A DNA stretch of 64,000 nt from Podarcis melisellensis (taxonomy: Eukaryota): NCBI GenBank assembly GCA_964234715.1, contig OZ174279.1; one strand, given 5' to 3'. Under the pieces are notes generated by a model, which worked only from the letters and a program-made list of their open reading frames with translations, did no database searches and had not been told where the DNA came from. Numbering within the stretch: the first letter of the stretch is position 1; every line of letters begins with the position of its first letter. Shown piece after piece: positions 50,701 through 62,249 of this stretch. A program made the position numbers and the translations under genes.

Positions 50701-51966
50701 CACAGGTTACCACTCTCTGTGTTTTAGATGATATGGCTGTTTGCCAGTAATTTAGCTTTAAATATGAAAATGGATATCCAATCCAGTTTTCTAGATATAA
50801 TAATAGCACAGAAGATTGATGCTATCATTCCACAGCCCAATGACTATTTAAAATGCTTTTAAGCTGAACTTACAAAGCTCCAGTGACTTCTAGAATTGCA
50901 GGAACTGTTAAATAGGAAATAAAATTAGCAATCTACAATAAAATACAAAAGCAATTCAGCATTTCATTTTTTCCCAACAGCATGAACATGGACAGTCCTT
51001 GTACAACAAATCAGTAACATTGCAGTATATTTCTGGGCTTACTGGTGGGTGGTGGGCAGGTGAGAAGAAACAAAATATACTCTCATCTAGAAGTTAATCA
51101 TACACTGCCAAGGCAATAAAATATAGGTTTCCACTGATGAATGAGACCATACCAGCTAAAAGACGCCTAAGAGTTTAAAGGAACTCCCAGAGAGCCAAGT
51201 TTGAGATTGGATCTTCTATGTTACAAGCCACAGTAAAGCAGTTCTTTATTCTGTTTTCTCTTGTGAACTATCACTTTAAAAATTCTGCATTTTTTCCAGT
51301 TCTTTCACAGCCAAAGAAGATCTTGCATTCAGAAAGTTCAACAGAATATTTCTCCTGACAGCCTGACTGAAACCTAATCATGCTGCTTTCAGTCTTACTC
51401 AGATTTTCTGTTTCAAAAATGATATCTATCCTTCTATGGCTGAAATCACTGGGGTACAGAGGAAACAGAGTTGATACAACTTAAATTCCCTTTGGCACGG
51501 AGTACTGTGCCAATGACAAAAAAATGTGGAGGTGTAACTGTAATATTGCCTTCCCAACAATAGGTGGTGTCATACCCAGAATTAGTGCCATTACTCCAGT
51601 TTGTTCTTAGCAATATAGTTGTTCAGTTCAACAATCAATTTGGCCTCATCTTTTCTCTAGCCAGCAGCCAAATAGTTAATGACAGCAACCTAGCCAGTAA
51701 CTTCCATGAGTTCAAGCTGCTGCCAACAGCTGTTATTTCTGATGACTGTGCTATCGCCCAGTGAACAGACAGAAGAATGAAAGTTAACCCGCAAACAAAA
51801 TAAATCTGAAAAATGCACTAAGCATAGCAAGCTACACAGGATACAAGACTGCATCTACTATATTAATAAAAATAAGGTTGATTATTGTGTACAGATACAA
51901 GAGTAAAACCCTAACAAGTATGTGTCCTAAAGTATCCTACTTCTTTAAAAAGAAACTAAAAGAAAA

Positions 51967-52198
51967 CAGCCAGTCTGGCATAATGGTTAATGTTGGACTA
52001 GGACCTGAGATAGGAGAGTTCAAATCCCCACTCAGCCATGAAGCTCACTAGGTGACCATGGGCCAGTCAACATCTCTTAGCCTAAGCTACCTCACAGGGT
52101 CCCTGTAAGGATGAAATGGGGAGAAGGAGAAGGAGAACCATGTACACCACCTTAATATCTTTGGAAGATAAATGTGGTCTCTAAATAAAATAAATAAA
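51967..52198 (+). mobile_element. Squam3-like tRNA/CORE SINE
   Basis: gttcaaatccccactcagccatgaagctcact..gtgacc.tgggccagtca...ctacctcacaggg body with a (TAAA)n tail. Confidence 0.85.
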
Positions 52199-52291
52199 TG
52201 CCAGTATAAACAAACCTGTCCACATATTTCAACACTACTTGCTACTTTGGATGCCTCTGGCACAATCAGTTCACAGAACATTCCTATTGTA

Positions 52292-52657
52292 AAGGTAAAA
52301 AAAGGTGAAGGACCCCTGGACGGTTAAGTCCAGTCAAAGGTAACTATGGGGTTGCAGTGCTCATCTCGCTTTCAGGCTGAGGGAGCCGATGTTTGTCCAC
52401 AGATAGCTTCATGTGGCCAGTATGACTAAACCACTTCTGGTGCACCTGAACACCTGTGATGGAAGCCATAGTGCAAGGAAACACCGCAGCGGTACCTAAT
52501 TACCTACCTGCACTGGCATACTTTCAAACTGCTAGGTTGGCAGGAACCGGGGCAGAGGAACGGGAACTCACTCCGTCGCAGGGATTCAAACCGTTGACCT
52601 GCTGATCAGCAAGCCCAAGAGGCTCAGTGGTTTAGACCACAGTGCCACCCACATCCC
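52292..52657 (-). mobile_element. Full-length Sauria SINE, second subfamily
   Basis: ggacccctggacggttaagtccagtc variant 3' end and tRNA head at the right end. 12-bp target duplication attcctattgta (52280-52291) / attcctactgta (52658-52669). Confidence 0.92.
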
Positions 52658-52683
52658 ATTCCTACTGTATCCCTACTGTATGA

Positions 52684-52985
52684 TGTTAACATAGGGGTGT
52701 GTTATTGCCCCAACTCTGTTTATTATCTTCACTGCCATAATCCTACACATTTTCGAAGGGAAACTCCTCACCAGAGTAGAAATCATTTATCAAACAGATG
52801 GAAAGCTCTTTAACCTGAGTAGGCTGAAAGCAAAGAGTAAGGTTACCATAACTTCCATCACAGAGCTTCAATATGCTGATGACAACGCAGTGTGTGCACA
52901 GTGTGTCACCTACGGACACACTGTTAAGACCTTGTACATGGAAGACAATCTTACTCAGCTACGAGTGATCACCAAAGGAAGAAGT
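52684..52985 (+). mobile_element. RTE-clade LINE fragment (reverse transcriptase core joined to a probable 3' end)
   Basis: Translates as GCVIAPTLFIIFTAIILHIFEGKLLTRVEIIYQTDGKLFNLSRLKAKSKVTITSITELQYADDNAVCA, with the catalytic YADD motif. Ends in a (GAA)n-like tail. Confidence 0.88.
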
Positions 52986-55482
52986 CTTACTGCTTTGGAT
53001 GCCTCTGACACCATCAGTTTAGAGAGCATTCCTACTGTATGACCTTAAACTGAAAATGTGGAGTGGCGAGTTTACATTTTTAACATCTTTAATATTGAAT
53101 ACATACATTTATGTTTAATGAAATAACTCAACTATTTACTGTAACAGATAACACTCCTAAGGAAAAACCTAACAACAAATATCATTGCTATCTATGTTAC
53201 TTAGGACGTCAATATTTATTTTTCATTTCTAGTGCTCTAAATAAAACCAGCATTTTCATTCATATTTTAAAGGTGGTTGAGCAGAAGTTAGGACAGAATT
53301 ATTTACCCAAGAGTATTCAGGATCCTTGGGGGTGAATGGATTAATGGCAAAACTTGTAGCAGTTTCAAATGGCAAAGTGATTTATGATTAATAGTAGTAT
53401 CTCATCTGCGACAACCATGTGCAGCAGGTTATCACCATTCCCATTTTATAGATAACTGAAAATTGACTGAAAAATTGTTACATGCTCAAGGCCCCATTAT
53501 CAGTTCGTACATCAGGTGGTTCCTGTCTAAGGCTGCCCCGGTTCATTTCACAAATGCTAATTCCTTTCAATATAAAAGATCACAGATTAAAGACCAGATG
53601 ATAGAAAACCAAAATACAGTTAAACTAAAGCATTAGGGCATATACACACTTTAAATTCAACTGGGAAAATTATCAAACACCACCTCCATGTTTCATGCTC
53701 ACACCTGTCACCACAAAATACTTCTTCTTTAAGGTGCTTCTGTTCAGGGATCAATCTATGCCTTTCCATCCCATTCTAGCCATCCATCCCCCAGCCAAAC
53801 AGCCAATCAAAATCCCATCCCCACTGAGCCAGCTTAGTCCTCTTATTGAGTGGTTTTGTTTTTCCTTTGGAATTTCTCTTCCCCATTTTGACTTGGGGGG
53901 TGGAGTTTATGAATGGGACATATCTGTGCCTAATCCAAGCTTTAGTTTATCTGTTGATGTCTACAGAAAGCTCTCTTCCAGCTGTAGGAACACTGAAAAA
54001 TAGCTTATCTACAAGAACCAAAAAGTGACTGAGCCACACAAATATATAGATATATAGATATATATTCAGTCCTCCTGTTCTAGCAACTCTATTTTCCATT
54101 AAATCTAACTGGATGGAACTCAACATGCAAATGTCTGCAAACAGCCCATGTGCAAAAAAACAAGAGAGGTAGGGCTTTCTTTTACACACTTTTAACCCTC
54201 GTGTGTCCAGGAAAATGCCTAAAGTACACTCCATATCACTGGGTCATCACAGTGCTTTTGGGGTACCCATCCTGCCTTAGGTTCTTTTCTGCCATTTTTT
54301 TCTACTTGTGCATACCTCACATTGTGAGTCTGCCAGTACCAATCTCTTGTGTGTTGCTGATGTAGTTTTGGCTACACAAGCCCAAGCCCAGAGAGACTTG
54401 AATCAGCATTAGTATACAGATATTCATTTATCAGTACCATTTTCAGGATTTGTCTCTTTTGTTTCCTTTGGTGATATCAGTTCTGAAATAAATGGAGTGG
54501 AAACTATGGCCAGAGAGCTTACATTGTTTTTACAGATGTGTGAAGCCATCTATTTTCCCCAAACAGTCTAGGGGATTTATTGAAGAAAAAACAGATTTCA
54601 CCTTCTAGCTTCTTCCAACACATCTCCCAGTGCTATCTTCAAACAGCAAATGAAAAAATAATATCTGAAAGACTGTTGAGCTGCTTTATTAATCTTGATC
54701 CGAAGATGACAATGGTCAATTCAGCTATGACATGTACAGCTACATAAAACTCTTCATAACAGCTGTACAATTTTCCCACTGCAGGACTATATCCTGTGCT
54801 GTAAGTGCCTTTAATGCTCATTAAGTATGCAGTTGCCAGGCTGAAGCATCTTTGGTTTGCAGCCCCTGGGTCCTGTGAAAAAGACTGACTAGGGAATCTA
54901 TAAAAAGTTAGCACAGAGTTATTGTCAGTAATATCACTCAGTTCTTCAGAACAATTCTTTGCAAACAGGCCCTTAAACTGTTTGGGAAAGGGAGGCTGAT
55001 GATTAGAACATCTGTAATCATTATTTGGCCCATTATTTACAACACTGCATTTAAATAGGATCGGGGAAAACAGCAGAATTGCCCTCTAGATTTAGTTTTG
55101 CAGGCCTCCCTAGAAGGCACTTTCTTATACGAAGAACTGAACAAACTGGAGACAAAATAGGTGACAAAACATGGGCAGGAACCTTTCCAGCTAGATATTA
55201 CAAATTACCCTATTGTCTAAGCATTGCAACCAGGCCTCTTACCCCAAATGTTCAAGAGGAAATCAGCACTATGTGGTTTCCTCCATGTTCATATTGTTTT
55301 GAAGAGTTGCTTTTGAAATAAACATGACCACTGTTAAATGCAGCTTCATATCTGTAGCTAGGCTGTATCTGCTGGAGGATAATAATATAGTTCATAAGAT
55401 TCACTTTTTAATTTCAGCTGCCCAAACTACAGGTAGAATTGCTTTTCATGCAATATGGCAAACACGTGCAAGTATGGCTGAT

Positions 55483-55526
55483 ATCTATATACCTATATCT
55501 CTATATCTCTATCTATATCTATATCT
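55483..55526. repeat. (CTATAT)n-like simple repeat
   Basis: Directly visible. Confidence 0.85.
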
Positions 55527-55614
55527 AAGTTTAATGGTAAACTCCCCAAATAAAACAGAACAGACGAGAAAGAGCCTTTGAAATCTGACTATATCACCTA
55601 AGAAGTTAATTGTT

Positions 55615-55820
55615 GGGGGAGAGACAGGGGAATTCTGTCCTTGTTAATTCTCATCAACCTTTCAGCTGCTTTCGATGCCATCAACCATGGTATTCTTATG
55701 GAGCGACTGTCTGAGTTAGGGGTAGGTGACACCACTTTGCAGTGGTTCAGGTCCTACTTGGATGGTTGTTTCCAGAGGGTGATGCTTGGGGAGTGCTCTT
55801 CATCCCCATGCAGCCTTCAA
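55615..55820 (+). mobile_element. L2-clade LINE reverse transcriptase fragment
   Basis: LILINLSAAFDAINHGILMERLSELGVGDTTLQWFRSYL matches the LDLSAAFDTIDH...L.WF.SYL motif. An L2-like 3' remnant resumes at ~56130-56205. Confidence 0.85.
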
Positions 55821-55956
55821 TGAAAACACTGTGTGGGATCAACTGGAGTTTTGGAGTACGTTGTGCCCACTCGACTGTTTCAGTCAGCAGAATTGGCACT
55901 ACTACAGGTTGCCACATAATTCCTGTTCTGCATTTGTAAGAACTCAAGGAGAAGGA

Positions 55957-56123
55957 GAAGGGCACAAGGAGAAGGAGACAACAGAGGACGGGATGGTTGA
56001 ACAGTGTTCTCGAAGCTACCAGCATGAGTCTGACCAAACTGCAGGAGGCACTGGAAGACAGGAGTGCCTGGCGTGCTCTGGTCCATGGGGTCACGAAGAG
56101 TCGGACACGACTAAAAAACAACA
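55957..56123 (+). mobile_element. RTE-BovB LINE 3' end
   Basis: gcctggcgtgctctggtccatggggtcacgaagagtcggacacgact followed by a (CAA)n-like tail, characteristic of BovB 3' termini. Confidence 0.9.
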
Positions 56124-58645
56124 CCACTTCCAAACTCCCTGCCTATTGAGATCAAGCAGGCACCTTCAACTGTACTCTTGTGGGCACCTGCTAAAAACAT
56201 TCCCTGTGGCTGTAACTCTTTAAAGACACTGAGTTCATATACATTCATCCTGCAATGGTGATTTAGGTGTATTGGCCCAAGTTGTTTCACAGTGGAGACT
56301 GCTTCTTAAAGTCAACAGCATCACATTTGAGATGGTGGCAGTTTCTCAGACTTGTTTTTCAGTTCCAACTGCACCAAGTTGTGAATCAGCTTCTGTATTA
56401 ACAGCATCCTTCTTTTTACTGCTGCTGTTGCTGCCATTAAAAGGATTTTTCCTGTGGTTAGTTTATATGCTCCAGCTCATTAACATCTCCTAATACCAGA
56501 ACCTTAGCCTCATTAAGCATGGCAGTTCTGAGGAACATATTCTCCGTTCATCTTCACAAAGCAGGATTCTCCTTGGTGGCCCAGCTGCAGCACCACATGC
56601 TACCAAAAGAGGGATCACCCTAGCAATAAAAATTCTACAGGATCCCACATAAGACACAGTAGGGGGCAGGGATATTTATTAGCTAATGGCACTGTTTACA
56701 GGCTGCGCAAGGGCTGGAAATTTCTCTACCATCAAAGCAGCTTCCTTTGCAGAACCATGTGGGTTGTTTTTTTATAGCGAGGCCAGCAAATGCTATTTCT
56801 TGACTTGGACACAGCAAAAGATATGGTGGAGGAAGACAACTAGAGAAAAACAAGGAGTCTTGAGTTAAAAAGACACAAAGTGGGAACAATTAGAGATGTA
56901 TAAAGATTTAAAATGTAGGAGAAAGCACTTAATGAAGTAATAAAATTATAGCCCTTGAGGCAAAAGCTTAGGTCTCCTACCTTAACTGGCCTCTAATTCC
57001 CATGCAGCCATTGCTTATCTTTGCTGCTGTATCAGGTAGTTACAAAAGGAATCAAACATCAAACCAACTGCATAAGCTGCTATTTGGGGGGCAAGGGGGG
57101 GAGGGCTAGAACTAATAGTATGCATTTGTGAATATGAGACAAACTGAAAGGCACCAAAATCTAATGGTGAAATATCATTAAATGTTCCGCCAAGACCCTC
57201 AGAAATTTTCCATGAATACTTTGGGAATAAAGTTTGGGAAGCCCTGTCCTAAGAGAACAGATAATATAAGACAGAATTATTATACTGGAAAAATTGCTTG
57301 ATCCCAAGTAGCTATAATAGGCTGAAACGTGAAGCTTACACTTGCTCGTTTCTTTTTAGCAATGCTAAACTGCTTCAATACTGCACCTAAAATTCTGCAA
57401 TGATTTGATTTCATCAAATAAATGTTCCAAGCAGTTAACACTGTTATACATTTATGTCCTTAATAGCATACCTTAAGGCAGAATGTGAAAATAATTTTAA
57501 CTCTTGTGTTTTAACAAGTTCAGGAGCATTTTATGCTCAGCTTAGAATGTCTGCAGCATCCTGAATATTCTGGGGTCAAGAAAATTCAGATTGAAGGTAT
57601 AAGTACGAAATTTTACTCTGGTAGCAAATGAAATCCCTACCAACAGAACACACTGCTAACTCACAAACTTAAGCTAGAAACCTGAACACCAGTAGTTACA
57701 ATCTACAGTATTCAATATTGCATCATCACACACCTGTCTACTTAAAATAGCAACATAAATTTAAGGAACAATTTTATCAAAGCAACAACAATGCAAAGAG
57801 GCTTGTACAATAGCAATCAAAGTGACATCCTTATTGCTGTATCCTACTTGCCTTCTACCAGCCCATAGGCTTTGCTTGCTACAGAACTAACAGCGCTAGA
57901 AAAAGAGGTATTTAAACAGTTCCATGGCAAATTCTTATTCACATATAAAAATGTTCTTTCTGAGCAACACAGCTACACTGCTCAAGTATTTCCCCAACCT
58001 TCTGATGCAGGAGCACCAATTGTTGCCATTGTCCAAGTGCACAAAATCATTGGTCATTGAACAAAGGGGTCAAAACAATGGAAGTCTTGGATCTGGTTAA
58101 CTTCTGCCGTAGCAGTGGCTATGATTACTTAAACACATAAGTCCATTTCTTGAAATAAGGCTAACACTATTAAAATAACTAATTTACTGCTCAAGGTGCT
58201 AGGCCCATAAATATCCAGGCAATCTGTAAGTACTGCTTTTAGCCAAGGGATTACAACTTCATCTGTTACACAAATTATCTTGTTTGTTTTTATCTTGAAA
58301 TCCAGCTGGGAAATGAAAATCATATGCTAAATACAAAGTACTTTAAAGAGGGTTGCTTTTTTTTAAGCGAAACAAAATAGAGGAACTGCTAAGACTAATA
58401 ACATTTTCAACACAGGACAGGCAACCTTCAACAGGCTATGCTCTATGATACCACCATTTCCAACATACAGTCTTGCTTGAACCAAATACAGATCAAGTAA
58501 CATGCACAACATACTTCAAAAGAGTAATGAGGTCACCAGAAAAGAATTTCAATAAAACTAAAATCCTATTTGTATAAGACTGCGATGACCTTTTGAGGCC
58601 TGTGCATTATATGGTCACTGTAGCGAAGATCAGAGAACTATTGTG

Positions 58646-58843
58646 GTGTTGTTGTTGTTACATTTATATCCCACCTTTCCTCCAAGGATCTCACTCTTCT
58701 CCTCCCCAACAACCCTGTGAGTTAAGTTAGGCTGAGAGAGAGTAGCTGGCCCAACGTCACCCAGTGAGCTTCATGGTTGAGTGGGGATTTGAATCCTGGT
58801 CTCCAAGGTACAGCACTCTAACCACTGCACAACACTGACTCTC
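58646..58843 (-). mobile_element. Squam3-like SINE (internally deleted)
   Basis: Reverse complement of the 51967-52198 family: gtcacccagtgagcttcatggttgagtggggatttgaa; simple-repeat tail at the left end. Confidence 0.85.
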
Positions 58844-58945
58844 ACTAGCATTTGACATGATTAGGATTATGCTGTTCTTGTATGCTCCCCCACCTCCAGC
58901 CAGGCGGCGGGGGGGGGGAAGGCTAGCTACTAGTTGCTTCTATAG

Positions 58946-59173
58946 CTGTGGTTCCCAACGTGGGACACACAGTCCACAGGGGGGCAATTTGATTTTTAAG
59001 GGGGGCAATTTGAGGATAAATTATTAACAGTGAATGACCTTTTAGGCTTTCTCCATGTGAATAGGAGTTCACTTTTTGAATAATAAGAATTAAATGTCAC
59101 TGGAGGCAGGGAGGCATCAGGATTTCAGAGATGCTTAGGAGGGGCATGGCCAAATAAAGGTTGGGAACCACTG
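58946..59173. mobile_element. hAT-Charlie-type MITE (228 bp)
   Basis: Terminal inverted repeats ctgtggttcccaac / gttgggaaccactg. Perfect 8-bp target duplication ttctatag (58938-58945 and 59174-59181). Confidence 0.92.
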
Positions 59174-61978
59174 TTCTATAGCAACATAAGACATATTTTT
59201 AGAGTATAATGTGACTTGGTCAGGCCCATTAATGAAGAGACTGCTTTGACCGCCTTCAGCAAACAAACTGCAATCTTAAGATTTTAAACCAAGGGTTGGA
59301 AAATACTCAAAAACATCATCGAGAACATCTTCCAATCCTTTATTACCATATTCATATGCAAGTATATATTTATCAGCGATAACTATCCTCATTATTAACA
59401 CACTCTGGCATAAGTGTCTATAGGATAGCAACCATCACCCCTCCACTTCAACAAAATTCAAAACTCCCTGCCTCCTGCAACCCTAATAAATGGTTTTTTT
59501 TAAAAAAAAAATCCTCTCCTCTGTCAAGGCATATCCTATCAAATTTCACCAGCAACCAGCAACCACATTGGCAATGTTTTTATTATTTTGTTTTGTTTTT
59601 AATCAGCTTCCCCATTATCATTATCAACACACCTCTATTCTGGCATAAGTGGGTGGTATTCTATTGTAGGCTTATTCAGAGTAAACCCACTGAAATTAAT
59701 AGACACAATTAACTTAGGTTCATTAATTTCAAGGGGTTTTGAGTAGGACTTAAATACAATACAGCATGCATAGGTATGGGACCTTTTTCAGTCCAAGACC
59801 CACACTCCATTCTGTAAAACCTTCTAGGAGACCAGTGGGCATCAAATTTATTTTCATCAGAGCAGTGCAGCTCAAAATTTAAATGCAACTACCCCTGCCG
59901 CAGCCTTGCAAAAAAAGACCCCGAGAGATCATTTAATACCTGCAATTCCATACTTAAATTGAAGACCAAAGACACACGGCATCCAGTGATAGAAAAAGCT
60001 GAGGAGGGCTTGCATGAACAAGGCTGGAGTGCTAAGTTTAGGCCCTGGTCATGCTAGTGTTTGTAAGTCAAAGCTCACTCCTATGTCCTGCTTCATATCC
60101 ACCTTTCATTCCAGAGAGAATTATGGAGAGCCTTTCATCTGTTTCACAGAAGAGAACGCTTTGTTGTTGTTTCTGAATTTACACTGCTTTCAGAAACACA
60201 TATTGTAAGCAACAGCTAATAAATTTAATTCTCATTTCATACACACCAAAGAAACAGCAAATCACCTCCTGTGAAACTGGAGACGTACACCAGTATACTG
60301 GGTTACTTACTGCTACAGTTTTTTTTTTAAAAAAACGCTTTGTCAGCAGTCAAAACATGGCCTTAAAAGTACCAATAGAATCCCTAGCAGCACAAACTCC
60401 CATTCTTTTGTCCCACTGCATTAAATGCCTATCAAATGTCACTATGTGACACTTTATGAAAGCACCCTACTAGTCAGGCCTGACAGGTGCCAATACCCTA
60501 ATATGATAATTTCACTCTGTCAGTAAAAACATTTCTCTTCTTATAGACTTTTATACCCTTTACCCAAGATGTGATCAATCACTGACTTTTTCAGTTAAGT
60601 TTCATTTGTCTGGCTCATGAGTACCAGTAAAAAAAAGAGGGTGGGTGGGTGGGAGAAGAGAGAATGAGAAATTCCAAACTAAACTAAACATTTACACACC
60701 TGCTCCTCATTGTCCTTCCATTTGCTGGCTTCTTTCCAATGCATATAACCATCTATTTAAATTTCTATCTGCATTATGGTTTCAGTGGATTAAATCCAGT
60801 CCTTTGAAACTGACATGGGAGAAGCAAGTTTAAAATAGTTTCTGCAAACATACAATTAAAACAATGAGACACAAACTGGACTTCCTGCTGAACATTGTGA
60901 CGGAGAGGCTTCAAGGAGGCTCTTTTTAGATAACCTAACTCAGAGATCTATGCCCACCTTCCATTGTAATTTCAGCATGCTTTCTAATTACTGCATAATT
61001 TTGCTAACACTTTGTATCAAATCTAAGACCATTTGAACCTGTAGTCAAGGCTTTCTGGTCGGTTTGAATGACCCAGGAGCAAACAAAGAAGCTGTTACAC
61101 AAAAGTGTGATTTAAATAAGCCTCCTGCAATTTTAAAGACTGAATGAAGCTGTATTCTGAAAGTCTTTTAAATTTACAAGTATTAGGGGGAAAAAATCCA
61201 GCATATTAAAATAAACAAAGCAGCATTGTAACTATGCTTTGGTAAGAGCGTGTGGCCACAATCCCATGCCCACTTACCTGAGAGTAAGCCCTAACCACAC
61301 ATCTTTAGATTTACATACATAATTCTTAGAAAGCAAAGTTCTGTTTATTCCTCAGCTGTGTAGAAGCTGTCAGCAGCATGTATCCATGGAAACTGGTCAG
61401 TCAAGCAGACAAACGATCCAATGACCTTGAGTCAGATTTTTAAAAAACAACAACGGCCACCACCCTCTCTTTTTTTGAAAGTCAGTGATGTCACCATCCA
61501 AAAGTACTCAGGAGCACTTCAAGCTGCCAGCTAACAATGAGTAGTTACAAAAAATTTAATAACTGAGGTCAGTTCAAGCAAAGGAGATTGTAATAACAGA
61601 GTTGGCCCACTGTTATCACTTAGGATGTTGTCAGAAAAGCTCAGGGCTAGTTCAAAGACAAAAGCAGAGGGCAGGAGATGTCTGAAGTAGACTATAGCCT
61701 CAACTACTTCTCACTTACGTTCACCAAATACTGTTCCCTTCTTTGCTTTTCACTCTTACAAGGAACAAGGTGGTGTCCATTGCAGCTTAAGGGTTCCTTG
61801 CTGAGAACTTTGTAAACAACACATGACTAAATCAAAAAACAGAGTATCAGAAGCCAGAGCAAGACAAACATAATCAATCCTCACTTTACAATTTCTACAC
61901 CCTGGCAGTATTGTGGGGCACTATAAGCAATAAGATACAACAGGTGCCCACTATCATCACTTTCTGGAAACACTTGAC

Positions 61979-62249
61979 CAGGGGTCAGTAACCTTTTTCA
62001 GCCGTGGGCCAGTCCACCGTCCCTCAGACCATGTGGGGGGCCGGACTATATTTTTTTGGGGGGGATGAACGAATTCCCATGCCCCACAAATAACCCAGAT
62101 GTGCATTTTAAATAAAAGGACACATTCTACTCATGTAACAAAACGCCGATTCCTGGGCAGTCCGTGGGCTGGACTGAGAAGGCAATTGGGCTGCATCCGG
62201 CCTTAGGTTGTGATTGTGCTGCATCCAGGCCTTAGGTTGCCTATCCCTG
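61979..62249. mobile_element. Non-autonomous hAT element (same family as 18476-18769)
   Basis: Ends caggggtcagtaacct / aggttgcctatccctg. 8-bp target duplication cacttgac (61971-61978) / cacttgaa (62250-62257). Confidence 0.9.

Noticed and set aside
6810-52657. All three Sauria SINEs share the host-gene orientation
   Set aside because: With only three copies this is compatible with chance.
52694-52900. Reverse transcriptase YADD frame as part of a novel RT system or domesticated gene
   Set aside because: About 69 codons, no start, truncated on both sides and flanked by a target duplication; ordinary RTE relic.
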